The notes beneath the pieces were generated by a model that was not told the DNA's origin, did no database searches, and was given only the letters and a program-made list of their open reading frames with translations. A DNA stretch of 64,000 nt, taken from Candidatus Latescibacterota bacterium. Lineage in GTDB: Bacteria > Latescibacterota > UBA2968 > SICM01. Numbering within the stretch: position 1 is the first letter of the stretch; the number at the start of each line of letters is the position of its first letter. Shown in pieces: positions 10,831 to 20,562 of the stretch. Location: positions 5,408,001 to 5,472,000 of the forward strand of contig CBDCJO010000002.1 of the NCBI GenBank assembly GCA_965217865.1. Reading direction: 5' to 3'. The position numbers and the translations under genes are program-made.

Positions 10831-12141
10831 ATGACCGATCGCCCCATGCCCGATCACGTCTACATCTCCGATATCTCGCGCCACGAGGGCCAGGAGGTCC
10901 TCCTGAAGGGCTGGCTCTATCAGAAACGCTCGAGCGGGAAGCTGCATTTTCTCCAGGTTCGGGACGGCACAGGGGTAATTCAGTGTGTCGTGTTCAAGGG
11001 GGAGGTGCCGGAGGAGGTGTTCGAACGGGCGAATCGGGTCACCCAGGAATCTTCGGTATTTGTAAGGGGAACGGTCCGGGCAGACGAACGTTCTTCGATC
11101 GGCTACGAATTGGGCGTTAACAGCTTGGAAATCAACCAGTTGGCTCAGGATTACCCGATTACGCCCAAGGAGCACGGCACGGCTTTCCTGATGGACCACA
11201 GGCATCTGTGGCTCCGGTCCTCCAGGCAGCATGCGATTATCAGGGTTCGCAGCGAAATCATCCAGGCCTGCCGGGACTATCTCAACGACACGGGTTTTGT
11301 CCTCGTGGATGCCCCGATCTTTACCCCAGCGGCCTGCGAAGGCACTACGACCCTATTCGAAACGGACTATTTCGACGAGAAGGCTTTCCTCACGCAGAGC
11401 GGACAGCTCTACATGGAAGCCGCGGCCATGGCATTTGGAAAGGTCTACTGCTTCGGACCGACCTTCCGGGCGGAGAAATCGAAGACCCGGCGGCACCTCA
11501 CGGAATTCTGGATGATCGAGCCGGAGGTGGCCTATATGGACCTTGAGGGCGATATGGACCTGGCAGAGGATCTGATCGCCTTCGTGGTAGGGAGGGTCCT
11601 GGAGCGTCGAATGCCCGAGCTCGAGGGATTGGGGAGGGACCTCTCAAAATTGAAGAACCTGAAGAAGCCTTTCCCGCGGATCTCCTATACGGAAGCCGTT
11701 GATATTTTGAAAGATAAGGGAGTCGATTTCGACTGGGGAAACGATTTTGGAGGTGATGAGGAGACGATCCTGGCCGATTCATTCGATCAGCCCGCGCTGA
11801 TTCACCGTTATCCGGCTGCGTGCAAGGCGTTTTACATGAAACAGGATTCGGAGAATCCGGATGTGGCCCTGTGCGTGGATATGCTGGCCCCGGAGGGCTA
11901 TGGGGAGATAATCGGTGGGGGCCAGCGGGAGGATAGCCTGGATATCCTGGAAACAAAATTGGATGCCCATAAGCTGCCCAAAAGTGCATTTGAGTGGTAC
12001 CTGGACCTTCGGCGCTACGGAAGCGTGCCTCACGCGGGTTTCGGTCTCGGAATCGAACGAACCGTGTCATGGATTTGCGGCCTGAAACACGTCCGTGAGA
12101 CGATCCCTTTCCCCAGGATGGTGCAGCGCCTATATCCCTGA
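10831..12141 (+). CDS. asnS: Asparagine--tRNA ligase
   Basis: [60 protein letters not shown]. Confidence 0.97.
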   Translation: MTDRPMPDHVYISDISRHEGQEVLLKGWLYQKRSSGKLHFLQVRDGTGVIQCVVFKGEVPEEVFERANRVTQESSVFVRGTVRADERSSIGYELGVNSLEINQLAQDYPITPKEHGTAFLMDHRHLWLRSSRQHAIIRVRSEIIQACRDYLNDTGFVLVDAPIFTPAACEGTTTLFETDYFDEKAFLTQSGQLYMEAAAMAFGKVYCFGPTFRAEKSKTRRHLTEFWMIEPEVAYMDLEGDMDLAEDLIAFVVGRVLERRMPELEGLGRDLSKLKNLKKPFPRISYTEAVDILKDKGVDFDWGNDFGGDEETILADSFDQPALIHRYPAACKAFYMKQDSENPDVALCVDMLAPEGYGEIIGGGQREDSLDILETKLDAHKLPKSAFEWYLDLRRYGSVPHAGFGLGIERTVSWICGLKHVRETIPFPRMVQRLYP

Positions 12142-12224
12142 GGATTGATTGCAGGTCGTTCAAATCGTCCTGTATATTTATTTATCATATGATATGTGTT
12201 TTATAGCCCTTAAAAAGGAATATA

Positions 12225-12653
12225 ATGGAAGATAATGAGACCTATACTGTTTCACAGGCCAGCGATTATCTTGGATTATCCTCTAAGACTATTCGTAAAT
12301 ATATTTATAAAGGGCTATTAAAAGCAAATAAATGGAATGGTATGTGGGTTATCGAAAGTGGAAGTGTAAGGGAAGTTAAGCGGAAGATAAGCGGAACTTC
12401 AACGGAACATATAACCCTCAAAAAGGAAGTTCTAAAGCGAAATGAGAAGAATTATTGGGTAGAAAAGAAACATTACGATGATCTCATGCTGCAGATTGGT
12501 CAACTCAGAGCTGCGGAAAGTCTCCTGGTCGAGTATAAAGAGCAGATTCAGGAACTTTCGGGACAGATAAGGGAACTGGAAAGGGAGATCGGAAGGCTCC
12601 AGAAGGCGGAGGGGGGGTTCTGGCAATGGATATGCTGGTGGCGTAGAGGATAA
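12225..12653 (+). CDS. Helix-turn-helix (excisionase/MerR-like) + coiled-coil protein with aromatic C-terminal tail
   Basis: YTVSQASDYLGLSSKTIRKYIYKGLLKA HTH; heptad-rich middle; ends GGFWQWICWWRRG; AAAGGA SD; AT-rich. Confidence 0.8.
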   Translation: MEDNETYTVSQASDYLGLSSKTIRKYIYKGLLKANKWNGMWVIESGSVREVKRKISGTSTEHITLKKEVLKRNEKNYWVEKKHYDDLMLQIGQLRAAESLLVEYKEQIQELSGQIRELEREIGRLQKAEGGFWQWICWWRRG

Positions 12654-12678
12654 TGATTTCAGCCCTGGATAATTTATA

Positions 12679-12706
12679 AGTTTACATAATATACCTTATA
12701 CGAACC
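12679..12706 (-). other. dif: dif-like XerC/XerD recombination site
   Basis: Minus strand GGTTCGTATAA-GGTATA-TTATGTAAACT: 11-6-11 layout closely matching E. coli dif GGTGCGCATAA-TGTATA-TTATGTTAAAT. Confidence 0.85.
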
Positions 12707-12833
12707 ACGGTGGTCGGGGGTCAGATGTCATGGATCAGGGATTTAAGGGGGCTTAGAGGTCATGGAACTAACGACTGAGATCAGGCCCTAGGAGATTAGG
12801 AGTCCTTTGCGGAGGTCATAAGTGAGATCACAA

Positions 12834-13409
12834 CTAATTATTCGATTGGATAACGATCTCAAGGTCAAAGTCAGCAAGGTGCACGATCTGAAAGCAAAGT
12901 TTTTGAAGATCAAGCGATGTTTTCTCAACCGAGCGATACCCATAGATCCCCTCCACCCGGCTCCACGTCGGAGTAGGTGACAGACCGAAGAGGATACGAT
13001 GGTCTCCCCGGGTCCACTTTAGATAGCCGTCCTTCAGGTTGGGTTCTAATTTGGCGTTGGTCTTGAAATCCCCGGGACTTGAAAACTCCATTCGGGCGCG
13101 GATGGAAAACCCTTCGGTTAATCCCTTGTCATACGTCAGGTAGATTCGTCGAAACCAGAAGCCGTTTTGTTTCTCGAGACTTGGATCGTGGTTGGAAACG
13201 ATCGCGTAATAGTCTCCGAACATTTGCCCTGAGATCTTGCCTGAGGGTTCCTCCCCGGCGTATGAACTTGCTGGAACAAAGCAAGCGATAGCGGCCAACG
13301 CGGACACCAGGCATCTCGCTTCCGTACACACCCCTCTCGCATTCAGCTCCACGCGCTTAAGGACTTCCCTCATCTTCGGTTTTATTGAAAGGTTCACACG
13401 CGGGCTCAA
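12834..13409 (-). pseudogene. 3'-truncated outer-membrane porin fragment
   Basis: Signal-like segment then ISGQMFGDYY, GFWFRRIYLTYD, LKDGYLKW, YGYRSVEKT beta-strand pattern; ends far short of a full barrel. Confidence 0.55.
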
Positions 13410-13463
13410 TGTGAAATGAATTGCCGCCCCAATTGGTGTGCGGATGTAAGGAATCTAAGCCCA

Positions 13464-13485
13464 AAGTTACAATAAGGTTACAATA
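13464..13485. promoter_or_regulatory. 11-bp direct repeat, candidate OmpR/PhoB-family operator
   Basis: AAGTTACAATA-AGGTTACAATA between the divergent porin fragment and arsC. Confidence 0.45.
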
Positions 13486-13634
13486 TTTTTGGCTTGAAAA
13501 ATAACGGAGCCTTAAAAAGAATCCCTTTTGAATTGATTTTTGACATAAATTGGTTAATATACTATTGGATGGTTACGGGAGTCAAACTATATTCTCAGTG
13601 CGCGGGTGTGATTTTTTGGAAGAAAGAGAACTAA

Positions 13635-14051
13635 TTGAACACCCCAAGAGGTGTGCTGTTTCTTTGTAAGGGTAACTCCTGCAGGAGCCAGATGGCCGAA
13701 GGGCTGCTTCGGGAATTCGGAGGAGATTGCTTTAGAGCCTTCAGTGCGGGGACCGATCCAAAACCCGTCCATCCCAAGGCTGTCAGAGCAATGAAGGAGA
13801 TCGGGATCGATATTTCCGCACAAGGAACGAAATCGATCGATCGATTTCTAAACGATCGCTTCGACGTCGTTATAACGGTTTGCGATCGGGCTAACGAGAG
13901 TTGCCCCGTCTTCCCGGGTGACGTGAAGCGGATTCACTGGAGTTTCGATGATCCAGCCGAAGCTACTGGGACCGAGGAAGAGAAGATGGGGGTCTTCCGG
14001 CGGGTGAGAAATGAAATCACGGAAAGGATCAACGTTTACCTGAGCGAATAA
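13635..14051 (+). CDS. arsC: Thioredoxin-type arsenate reductase (LMW-PTP fold)
   Basis: VLFLCKGNSCRSQMAEG, VITVCD.A.ESCPVFPG, HWSFDDPA. Confidence 0.9.
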   Translation: MNTPRGVLFLCKGNSCRSQMAEGLLREFGGDCFRAFSAGTDPKPVHPKAVRAMKEIGIDISAQGTKSIDRFLNDRFDVVITVCDRANESCPVFPGDVKRIHWSFDDPAEATGTEEEKMGVFRRVRNEITERINVYLSE

Positions 14052-14620
14052 AAGGGCCAATCCAGACCGCAAGTTCCAGATTGATAATTATTGCTGCTAA
14101 TTGTTGTGAACTTTTGCCAGGACTTATTTTCGCGGGGGTTCACATTAATTAAAACACCCTTATCAACATTTATAAGCCTATTAAACTTTGACGGTTGCTT
14201 TCCAAAGAGCCAAATCTTACGAATAAGGGATTTAACGATTAATTATATGTCTTCGGGCATAGACATTGCATCTTAATTAAGGATCAACTGTGATGCCCAC
14301 CGCTGGGGTCGCAATCCGAAATTCCTACGTCGATTGCTCATGCCTCGCCGGAGGAAGGGCACGATCGGGACTCCGCCAGGCACCACCGCCGGCGGCGACC
14401 AAGCACCTGAAAGGCTACACGACCGTCGCAGTCATCTGCTTCATCGGATCCCTAGCAATTTTTCTCTCTCAAGCCATATTCAGGACACTATCTAACTATG
14501 ATTTTGGGCGAATAGAATACGCCTGCTGGTTCAATATTTAAATCAAGATTTCCTCGTATTTTCCGATCAAAGAATAGAAGCCCGGAAATCTTACAAATCA
14601 GTTTTTTTAGGGGGATATCT

Positions 14621-15547
14621 ATGGCGGAAACGGAAGGATATTCATCTCGGCAGAAGGTGGCCATTCTGATGATCGCGCTCGGACAGGACACCAGTGCAGA
14701 GATCCTGAAATACCTGAACGATTATGAGATCGAGGACATCGCCCAGACCATCGCCGAGCTCAGGACCGTCACGACGGACCAGGAGGACGAGGTCCTCGAG
14801 GAGTTCGAGACGATGCTGATGGCCGGAAAGTACGTCTCGATGGGCGGGATCGATTTCGCCCGGGGGACGCTCGAGAAGGCCATGGGCCCCCGCCGGGCGC
14901 AGTCGATGCTCGACCGGGTGACGGCCACGACCTCGGGAGGGTTCTACCTGCTCCGAAACATCGCGCCGAACCAGATCGCCCCGTTCATCAGCAAGGAGCA
15001 CCCGCAGACGATCGCCCTGATCCTGTCCCAGCTGGACCCGTCTCAGGCCGCGGGCGTCCTGAACATCCTTCCGGAAGAGCTCCAGTCGGAGGTGACCTAC
15101 CGGGTGGCCGCTATGGAGAACATCTCACCGCAGGTGCTTCGGGAGATCGAGGATACGCTTGCCAATGAGCTCCAGGCGATCCTGACGGGTCAAATCACGG
15201 AGATCGGGGGTCCGAAGAAGGTGGAGGAGATCCGGAACATGATGTTCACGTTCGACGACATCGCGAACCTGACGGACCGCGAGATCCAGATGGTGCTGCG
15301 GGAGGTGGACACGAAGGATCTGGCGACTGCGCTGAAGGGATCTGCGCCCGAGATGCAGGATCGGATCTTTTCGAATGTGTCCGAGCGTGTGAGCCAGATG
15401 ATCCGCGAGGAGATGGAGTTTTCGGGGCCGATCCGGATGAGCGACGTCGAGGAGGTCCAGCTTCGGGTCGTCCAGACGGTGCGGCAGCTCGAGGAGGCCG
15501 GGCAGGTCACGGTCACCCGCGGAGAGTCCACGGACGTCTTCGTATAG
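14621..15547 (+). CDS. fliG: Orphan flagellar motor switch protein FliG with in-frame internal deletion
   Basis: QKVAILMIALG, EHPQTIALIL, MFTFDDI, LREVD..DL..ALKG; the segment normally between GG.KKV and EEIR is absent. Confidence 0.88.
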   Translation: MAETEGYSSRQKVAILMIALGQDTSAEILKYLNDYEIEDIAQTIAELRTVTTDQEDEVLEEFETMLMAGKYVSMGGIDFARGTLEKAMGPRRAQSMLDRVTATTSGGFYLLRNIAPNQIAPFISKEHPQTIALILSQLDPSQAAGVLNILPEELQSEVTYRVAAMENISPQVLREIEDTLANELQAILTGQITEIGGPKKVEEIRNMMFTFDDIANLTDREIQMVLREVDTKDLATALKGSAPEMQDRIFSNVSERVSQMIREEMEFSGPIRMSDVEEVQLRVVQTVRQLEEAGQVTVTRGESTDVFV

Positions 15548-15660
15548 GGTATGGTTATATCCCTGAGGTTTGAAGTAATCAACGCGTGAATCAAATTGGA
15601 AGGGGGCGCACCTTTCGGTGGACCGGCGCTGTCCCCCCAGCGCCCGCCCCCTAAAAATAG

Positions 15661-15695
15661 AAAACCCCGGCGAAATAATTCGTCGGGGCTTTTTT
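15661..15695. terminator. Bidirectional intrinsic terminator
   Basis: AAAA-CCCCGGCGAA-ATAA-TTCGTCGGGG-CTTTTTT between convergent units. Confidence 0.8.
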
Positions 15696-15697
15696 GG

Positions 15698-15790
15698 TTA
15701 ACATTGAGCTGTCGTTACATCATTGCCCGCTTTCTTCAGGTTGTAGCGTAAAGCATCTACGATATCGAGTTTGTCGTCGAATACGCGGTA
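15698..15790 (-). pseudogene. Response-regulator receiver-domain N-terminal fragment
   Basis: Manual translation YRVFDDKLDIVDALRYNLKKAGNDVTTAQC* resembles the ILVVDDE.DI..LL.YNL.K.GY.V start of PhoB/OmpR regulators. Confidence 0.55.
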
Positions 15791-15924
15791 TATAAAAAAA
15801 TTTCGTTAATCAGGGGCAGTGACAGATGCAATGGTGGGAGAAAGGTAAACAAAGATATCTTTCTCTGCTACTGCTACTGCTACTTGATTCCCCCCTTTTT
15901 CCGTCTCTCCTCTGCGTTTCCCGT

Positions 15925-17292
15925 TTAATTGTCCTCCGCTCCTGCTGCGATCCAGCGCCGGATCGTCTCAATGTCCTCATCGGGCAGGACTCCGCCTAGG
16001 GGCATCCGAGAACCGATCCCGGGCGCTCCTTCAAGTTTTTGAATGATCAGACTGTTTTCAGGTTCCCCGGGGTTGACCCGGTTCACCGCGGGTTTTATTT
16101 GACTCGGAACGTCGACCAGGTTGCCGTAAGACAATCCGGAGTCGAGTGCCATACCTCCCTGGGGATTGGGCGAGGCGTGGCAACCGACGAAGGCACAGTT
16201 CACATCGAAGATCGGCTGTATATCCAGACTGAAAAAGATCGGAGGGATATACCGGAAGGTGGTCCGGTCGCCCTCTCCGGCCATGAGGACCCCGCCTTTG
16301 AGACTCTGTACCCCGCTCACGATCACGATATAGGTGGTATCAGGAACCTGAGGCGTCGTGGTCAATCGGACAACATCCGGAGCATCGATAGAGACGTCCA
16401 GAACAATTAATCCCGAAATGTCATAAAGTTCGATCTTTGACGCCGAGGAAGGCTCCAGTGGCTCGCTGAACAGGAGATCGATCGTGATGTTGTCTATCGA
16501 TGTGGCTTTGACCACCTGAAGTATCGTTGGCACAAATCGAAACCCTGCAGGTCCCTCTTCTCTTCTAGAGTTATATATGGAGAGTGCATAGTCCACGCCG
16601 GGTTGTTGGGGGGATGTGGTTAACAGGACGGTTTCCAGCCCGCTTATTGATGCGGACAGGACCTCCAGGCCCCCGGTCACCGAGTAACGACGCGCAAGCT
16701 CGGGGACCGTACCGGCAACCAGATCCCTGAACGTCACCTCAACGGTCTGAACGTCCAGGGAGATCGCCACGTGCATTGGAGGCATAGGCGGAATGTTGGT
16801 TTTCCGCGCGCCAGTAGCGATCCACTCCCGGAAAAGGGAGATCTCCTGATCACTGAGAGGCGCCCCGTCCACAACAAGCCCCTCCCGAAGCGACGCGGGC
16901 ATCCTTCGGCCGAAGCGTTTCTCCGAAGCGGGCGGTTTCGTCTCGATCTTCCAGATCAACAGGCTGTCATCGGGCTTGCCGGGCAGGACCAGCGGCCCGT
17001 TCTTGCTGCCGTCCAGGCCGAACATGGATTCATATGCACGATCCACGGTCAGGATCAACCCCGTCTCCCTTACACCGATCTGGGGACCCAGGGAAAGATC
17101 TACCTCGTGACATCCCGGGCCGCAGGATTGATTGAAAATCCGCTGGACATCCAGGTCGAAAAAGGCGGTCAGGGTACTCTCCCCCAGTTCAAACGGAACG
17201 CGCTCGAACGATACCGGGTTGTTCAGGGAGGCGCACGTCAAAAAGAGTGTCCCGCAGGTCACGATGATTAATTTGCACTTTTCGTTCTGCAA
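15925..17292 (-). CDS. Putative lipoprotein with two atypical c-type heme domains and Ig-like repeats
   Basis: LFLTC lipobox-like; CGPGCH and CAFVGCH motifs each followed by PG.P..SL...K and RMP (planctomycete cytochrome c-like); two beta-rich repeats between. Confidence 0.75.
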   Translation of the reverse strand: MQNEKCKLIIVTCGTLFLTCASLNNPVSFERVPFELGESTLTAFFDLDVQRIFNQSCGPGCHEVDLSLGPQIGVRETGLILTVDRAYESMFGLDGSKNGPLVLPGKPDDSLLIWKIETKPPASEKRFGRRMPASLREGLVVDGAPLSDQEISLFREWIATGARKTNIPPMPPMHVAISLDVQTVEVTFRDLVAGTVPELARRYSVTGGLEVLSASISGLETVLLTTSPQQPGVDYALSIYNSRREEGPAGFRFVPTILQVVKATSIDNITIDLLFSEPLEPSSASKIELYDISGLIVLDVSIDAPDVVRLTTTPQVPDTTYIVIVSGVQSLKGGVLMAGEGDRTTFRYIPPIFFSLDIQPIFDVNCAFVGCHASPNPQGGMALDSGLSYGNLVDVPSQIKPAVNRVNPGEPENSLIIQKLEGAPGIGSRMPLGGVLPDEDIETIRRWIAAGAEDN

Positions 17293-17314
17293 TCTGCAAT
17301 TTCCTTTTTATCTC

Positions 17315-18498
17315 TTATTTCGCCCCGTGACAATAACCGCAAAACCTCAACCCGGCCTGCCGGTAATCCACGTGGCAAAGATAGCAGACCGCCCCGGGAT
17401 CGTTGTGAAAATCCCAGTCGTCGTCCCTCCCTGCATAACGGTCGTGTGTCCTCGGATCGGTGTTAGGAACACCGTCGAAGTCCACGTGGCACTGAAGGCA
17501 TGAGGGGTCCGATCCCTCGGCATCGTGGCAGGGCATACAGCGTTCATATCCCGCCTTGCCCACTCGGCATGACGCCCCCCGTTCCCCACCCTGCCCAAGG
17601 TCCACGGACCACCGACATCACCGTGCCAGACCGGCTTGAGTCGCCGGTCATCCGCCCCCATCGCCCGGTGGCAGTCTGCGCAGAAGGCCTGGTTGTCATG
17701 ACAGGTCGCGCACTGCCGTTCTTTCCCGACCGCATCGAGGGGATGGGTGAAACGGTAGTTGAGCTCGTGCTGGCGCTGGATGACCTGCGTTACCCGGCCG
17801 CGATCCTGATGTTCCCGTGGTGCGGCTCGATCCATGGGTGATTCCAGGAGGGCCAGTCGGGCTCCCATATGACATTCCTCGCAGTAATTCTCCTCGTGGC
17901 ATTTTGCGCAGGGCATGGACTCTGACCGGGCATGCTCTTTGTGTTCGAGAATAAAATCGTCACGATGGGTATCCGGCCGGATAACCTCCACCTTTGGGTG
18001 ACAGTTTTCGCAATCGAAAGGGGCTTCCAGATTGTTGTGACATGCAAGGCAGTCTTCCATCCCGGGCCAGTTTACCCTTGAGGCATAGTCGGTTTGATCC
18101 ATCCCGATATGGCAATCCACGCAGGTCATCCCCAACTTTTCAAGGTGGAACCGGTGCGGAAAGTCGATGACCCGCTCCGGGTTCTTGAAGTCCACGAGAC
18201 GCGCCATGTCTTTATGGCACTTTTCGCAGTCGGACCTATCCTTCACATCGTGACAATCCGCACAAGCCGCCTTGCTCGGAAGTATCCGGTCCGCTGCCCG
18301 GTCGCTCTTCGGAGCCTCGGTGTGACAGTCTGTGCAGACCGCCCCGATCACGTCGATGTGGTAATTGTGGGAAAAATGGATCAGCTGGCTGCGGTCCTCC
18401 TCCGGGATGGTGATGGGTGGCACCTCCCGAGAGGAAGGCAATCCCACAAAACCCAGGAAAGACAGCGTTGAAAGGAAGGCTAAAAGTCTGGTTCTCAT
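17315..18498 (-). CDS. Multiheme cytochrome c (14 CxxCH), interrupted by a 1-nt frameshift near 17545
   Basis: 10 CxxCH in ORF 17347-18498 plus 4 in ORF 17315-17605; one added base joins ..WARRDM to ERCMPCH; signal peptide MRTRLLAFL. Confidence 0.88.
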
Positions 18499-19852
18499 TG
18501 GGGTCCACCAAGTCGAGTCCTTCCTGAGTGGAAGAACCACGTACTTGCCCGGAAGAAGAAGCGACGGTCGTGCTGAAATCCGGTGAAAGGGTTCAGTCTT
18601 GTCGGTGTCTTGAGATTCTGAGCCATGTCCTGGCCTTCAAGGCTGATCGAGAGGTATTTAACGGGACGGTAGTGAAGACCGAGCGTGGAGCTGAACGCGG
18701 TACTCCGGTCCCCGATCCCATCTTCATAAAGGAAGGACGAGAAATGAACCCCTGCATTGACCCACAAAAAACCGTTCATTCGTTTCCGGATATCAGCCCC
18801 GAATCCGTCCGAAATCCCGCCATACCCTCTCCTCCCGCTGTAGGTCATGTAACCGTTAAGGACACCAACCCCCCCACTTATCCGGTGCCCGCTCCGCCCG
18901 TCGAAGGAAAGGTTCGTGAAACCGCCGAAAAGGCTAAAAAATCGGTTGAATCGATAGTCGCCCCGCCATGAAATCTCGTGATTCGCACGCTGGGTGAAGA
19001 TGCTGAAGATGCTGTAAGCAGGGGTCCATGGGGTCCGATATAAGTAGTTCCCGGAGAGGGTCAAACCTTCGACGTCGTAACGGAGAGTCACCTCACCTCG
19101 ACGGACTTCGACGCCCGCGGAAGTGCTCAGGTCTAAACGCCCGTAGAGGGATCCCGAAGAAAAGGTATGCCGCAAGTCCATCCCCAGCATCTGCTGCTCC
19201 AGAGAATTGGGACGGACCTGGAAAGTCCCGTTTTGGATCGTTCGGTCCAACCACAAAGAATCGGGATAGATTTCCCCTGCTTTGCTGAAGTACGGCTTCA
19301 CCCGTTTCGTTCGACGGTAGAAGCTGAAGCCAGCTGTCAATCTGGGAATTTTCGACGAGAGCAGATGGAATCCCATCATGTGGCCTTCATCCCAGCTGTT
19401 GATCAACCCGGAACGCCCCAAGGGGGCCAGTGTTCCGGCGTAAAGATCCAGCTTGGCGAAGTCTCGAAATCTGACGGAAACCCTTCCTCCATCGAGGGTA
19501 CCGATTCCCACCCCGGCCGACACGAACTGACGGCCACCGGTCAGGGTGAGGGATTCCCCTGCCCAGCGGAAGAGGGCGTGTCGTAAGCGGTTGGATGGGT
19601 CGTTTCCAGCCGATCGAGGATATTCAGGGAGGTTCTAAGGGAGGTTTGAAAGGAGAGTCGAGGGGAGCCGAGGCCCCGCAGGGTCAGTGAACCGCTCTGG
19701 TAGAGCCGAAACTGGCCCGAGTCCAGGGAGTCCGGGACCTCCCGCTCGAAGGTGTGGGCGGCCGTGCTGAAGCGGCCGGATAGGCTAACGGCTTCTGCAC
19801 GAAAAATAATTGTAACGAATAGTGCCGGAAGAAGATAGGAGAAGGTTCTCAT
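18495..19852 (-). CDS. Outer-membrane beta-barrel protein (porin of a porin-cytochrome pair), frameshifted near 19604
   Basis: Signal peptide; one added A in CTGGAAACGAC joins ILDRLE to NDPSNRLRHALFRW..GGRQFVSAGVG; alternating beta-strand pattern; stop overlaps cytochrome ATG. Confidence 0.75.
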
Positions 19853-19883
19853 CTAATCTACGAGGATCATGAGATGCCTGCCT

Positions 19884-20240
19884 CTATACATTAGCATCCA
19901 TACGACGAAGCCTTTCGGTCAACATGCGCATCATCTGAAGGGAGAATTGGGGAAACTGTTGTATTAAGTATAGAAATCGGTTCTCATCCACCGGCGCCAA
20001 CCTGCAAGGGATCGACGCAACCGCAGTGGCACTCCGGGGTTTCGAGTCGATCAGTGCCATCTCGCCGAAGATTTCCCCTTGTTTGGCCATGTAGATGGAT
20101 TGATCTCCTACTCGTATATCCACCTCTCCTTCCAGTATGACATACATGATCTTGCCTGGCTCCCCCTCTTGGAATATCATCTCCCCGGCCGGAGACTTTA
20201 ATACGTTCACATCGTGCTTGAATAGACTTATTAGATTCAC
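19884..20240 (-). CDS. Standalone cyclic-nucleotide-binding domain protein
   Basis: IFQEGEPG..MYVILEGEV, GEIFGEMALID..PRSATA; no HTH; AAGGAGG SD. Confidence 0.92.
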   Translation of the reverse strand: MNLISLFKHDVNVLKSPAGEMIFQEGEPGKIMYVILEGEVDIRVGDQSIYMAKQGEIFGEMALIDSKPRSATAVASIPCRLAPVDENRFLYLIQQFPQFSLQMMRMLTERLRRMDANV

Positions 20241-20350
20241 TTTTTAGACCCCCTCCTTATTTGCGAACTGGCAATTATCTCTGAACGGCCCTAGGGGAGA
20301 TCGGCCGCTATCCGGATAGTTCCAGGACGCGTATTTCCTAAGTTAACGTT

Positions 20351-20379
20351 ATAATAAGCACATATCCACCATTCGTCAA
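20351..20379 (-). promoter_or_regulatory. Candidate sigma70 promoter for the cNMP-porin-cytochrome operon
   Basis: Minus strand TTGACG-17 bp-TATTAT. Confidence 0.55.
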
Positions 20380-20562
20380 GGCTAAAGCTGGGATGAGGTC
20401 TGTGACCGGTCGGGTAATAATGCGGGGACGGGAGTTCAACAGGTTGCCATACTCAGTTATTCCTTGCGTGTATGATTCTGTATCTTATCTTTTAGGCGAT
20501 CCCTTGGATCGAAAGAAATTGGATGTTTTCCAAACCTGAATCCGAACGAAGGGAATCGCCCA

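Noticed and set aside
14290-14541. 83-aa ORF upstream of fliG
   Set aside because: No recognisable motif or ribosome-binding site; spans a compositional boundary
12225-15790. Intact prophage or integrative element at dif
   Set aside because: No integrase, replication or structural genes and no second att/dif copy seen
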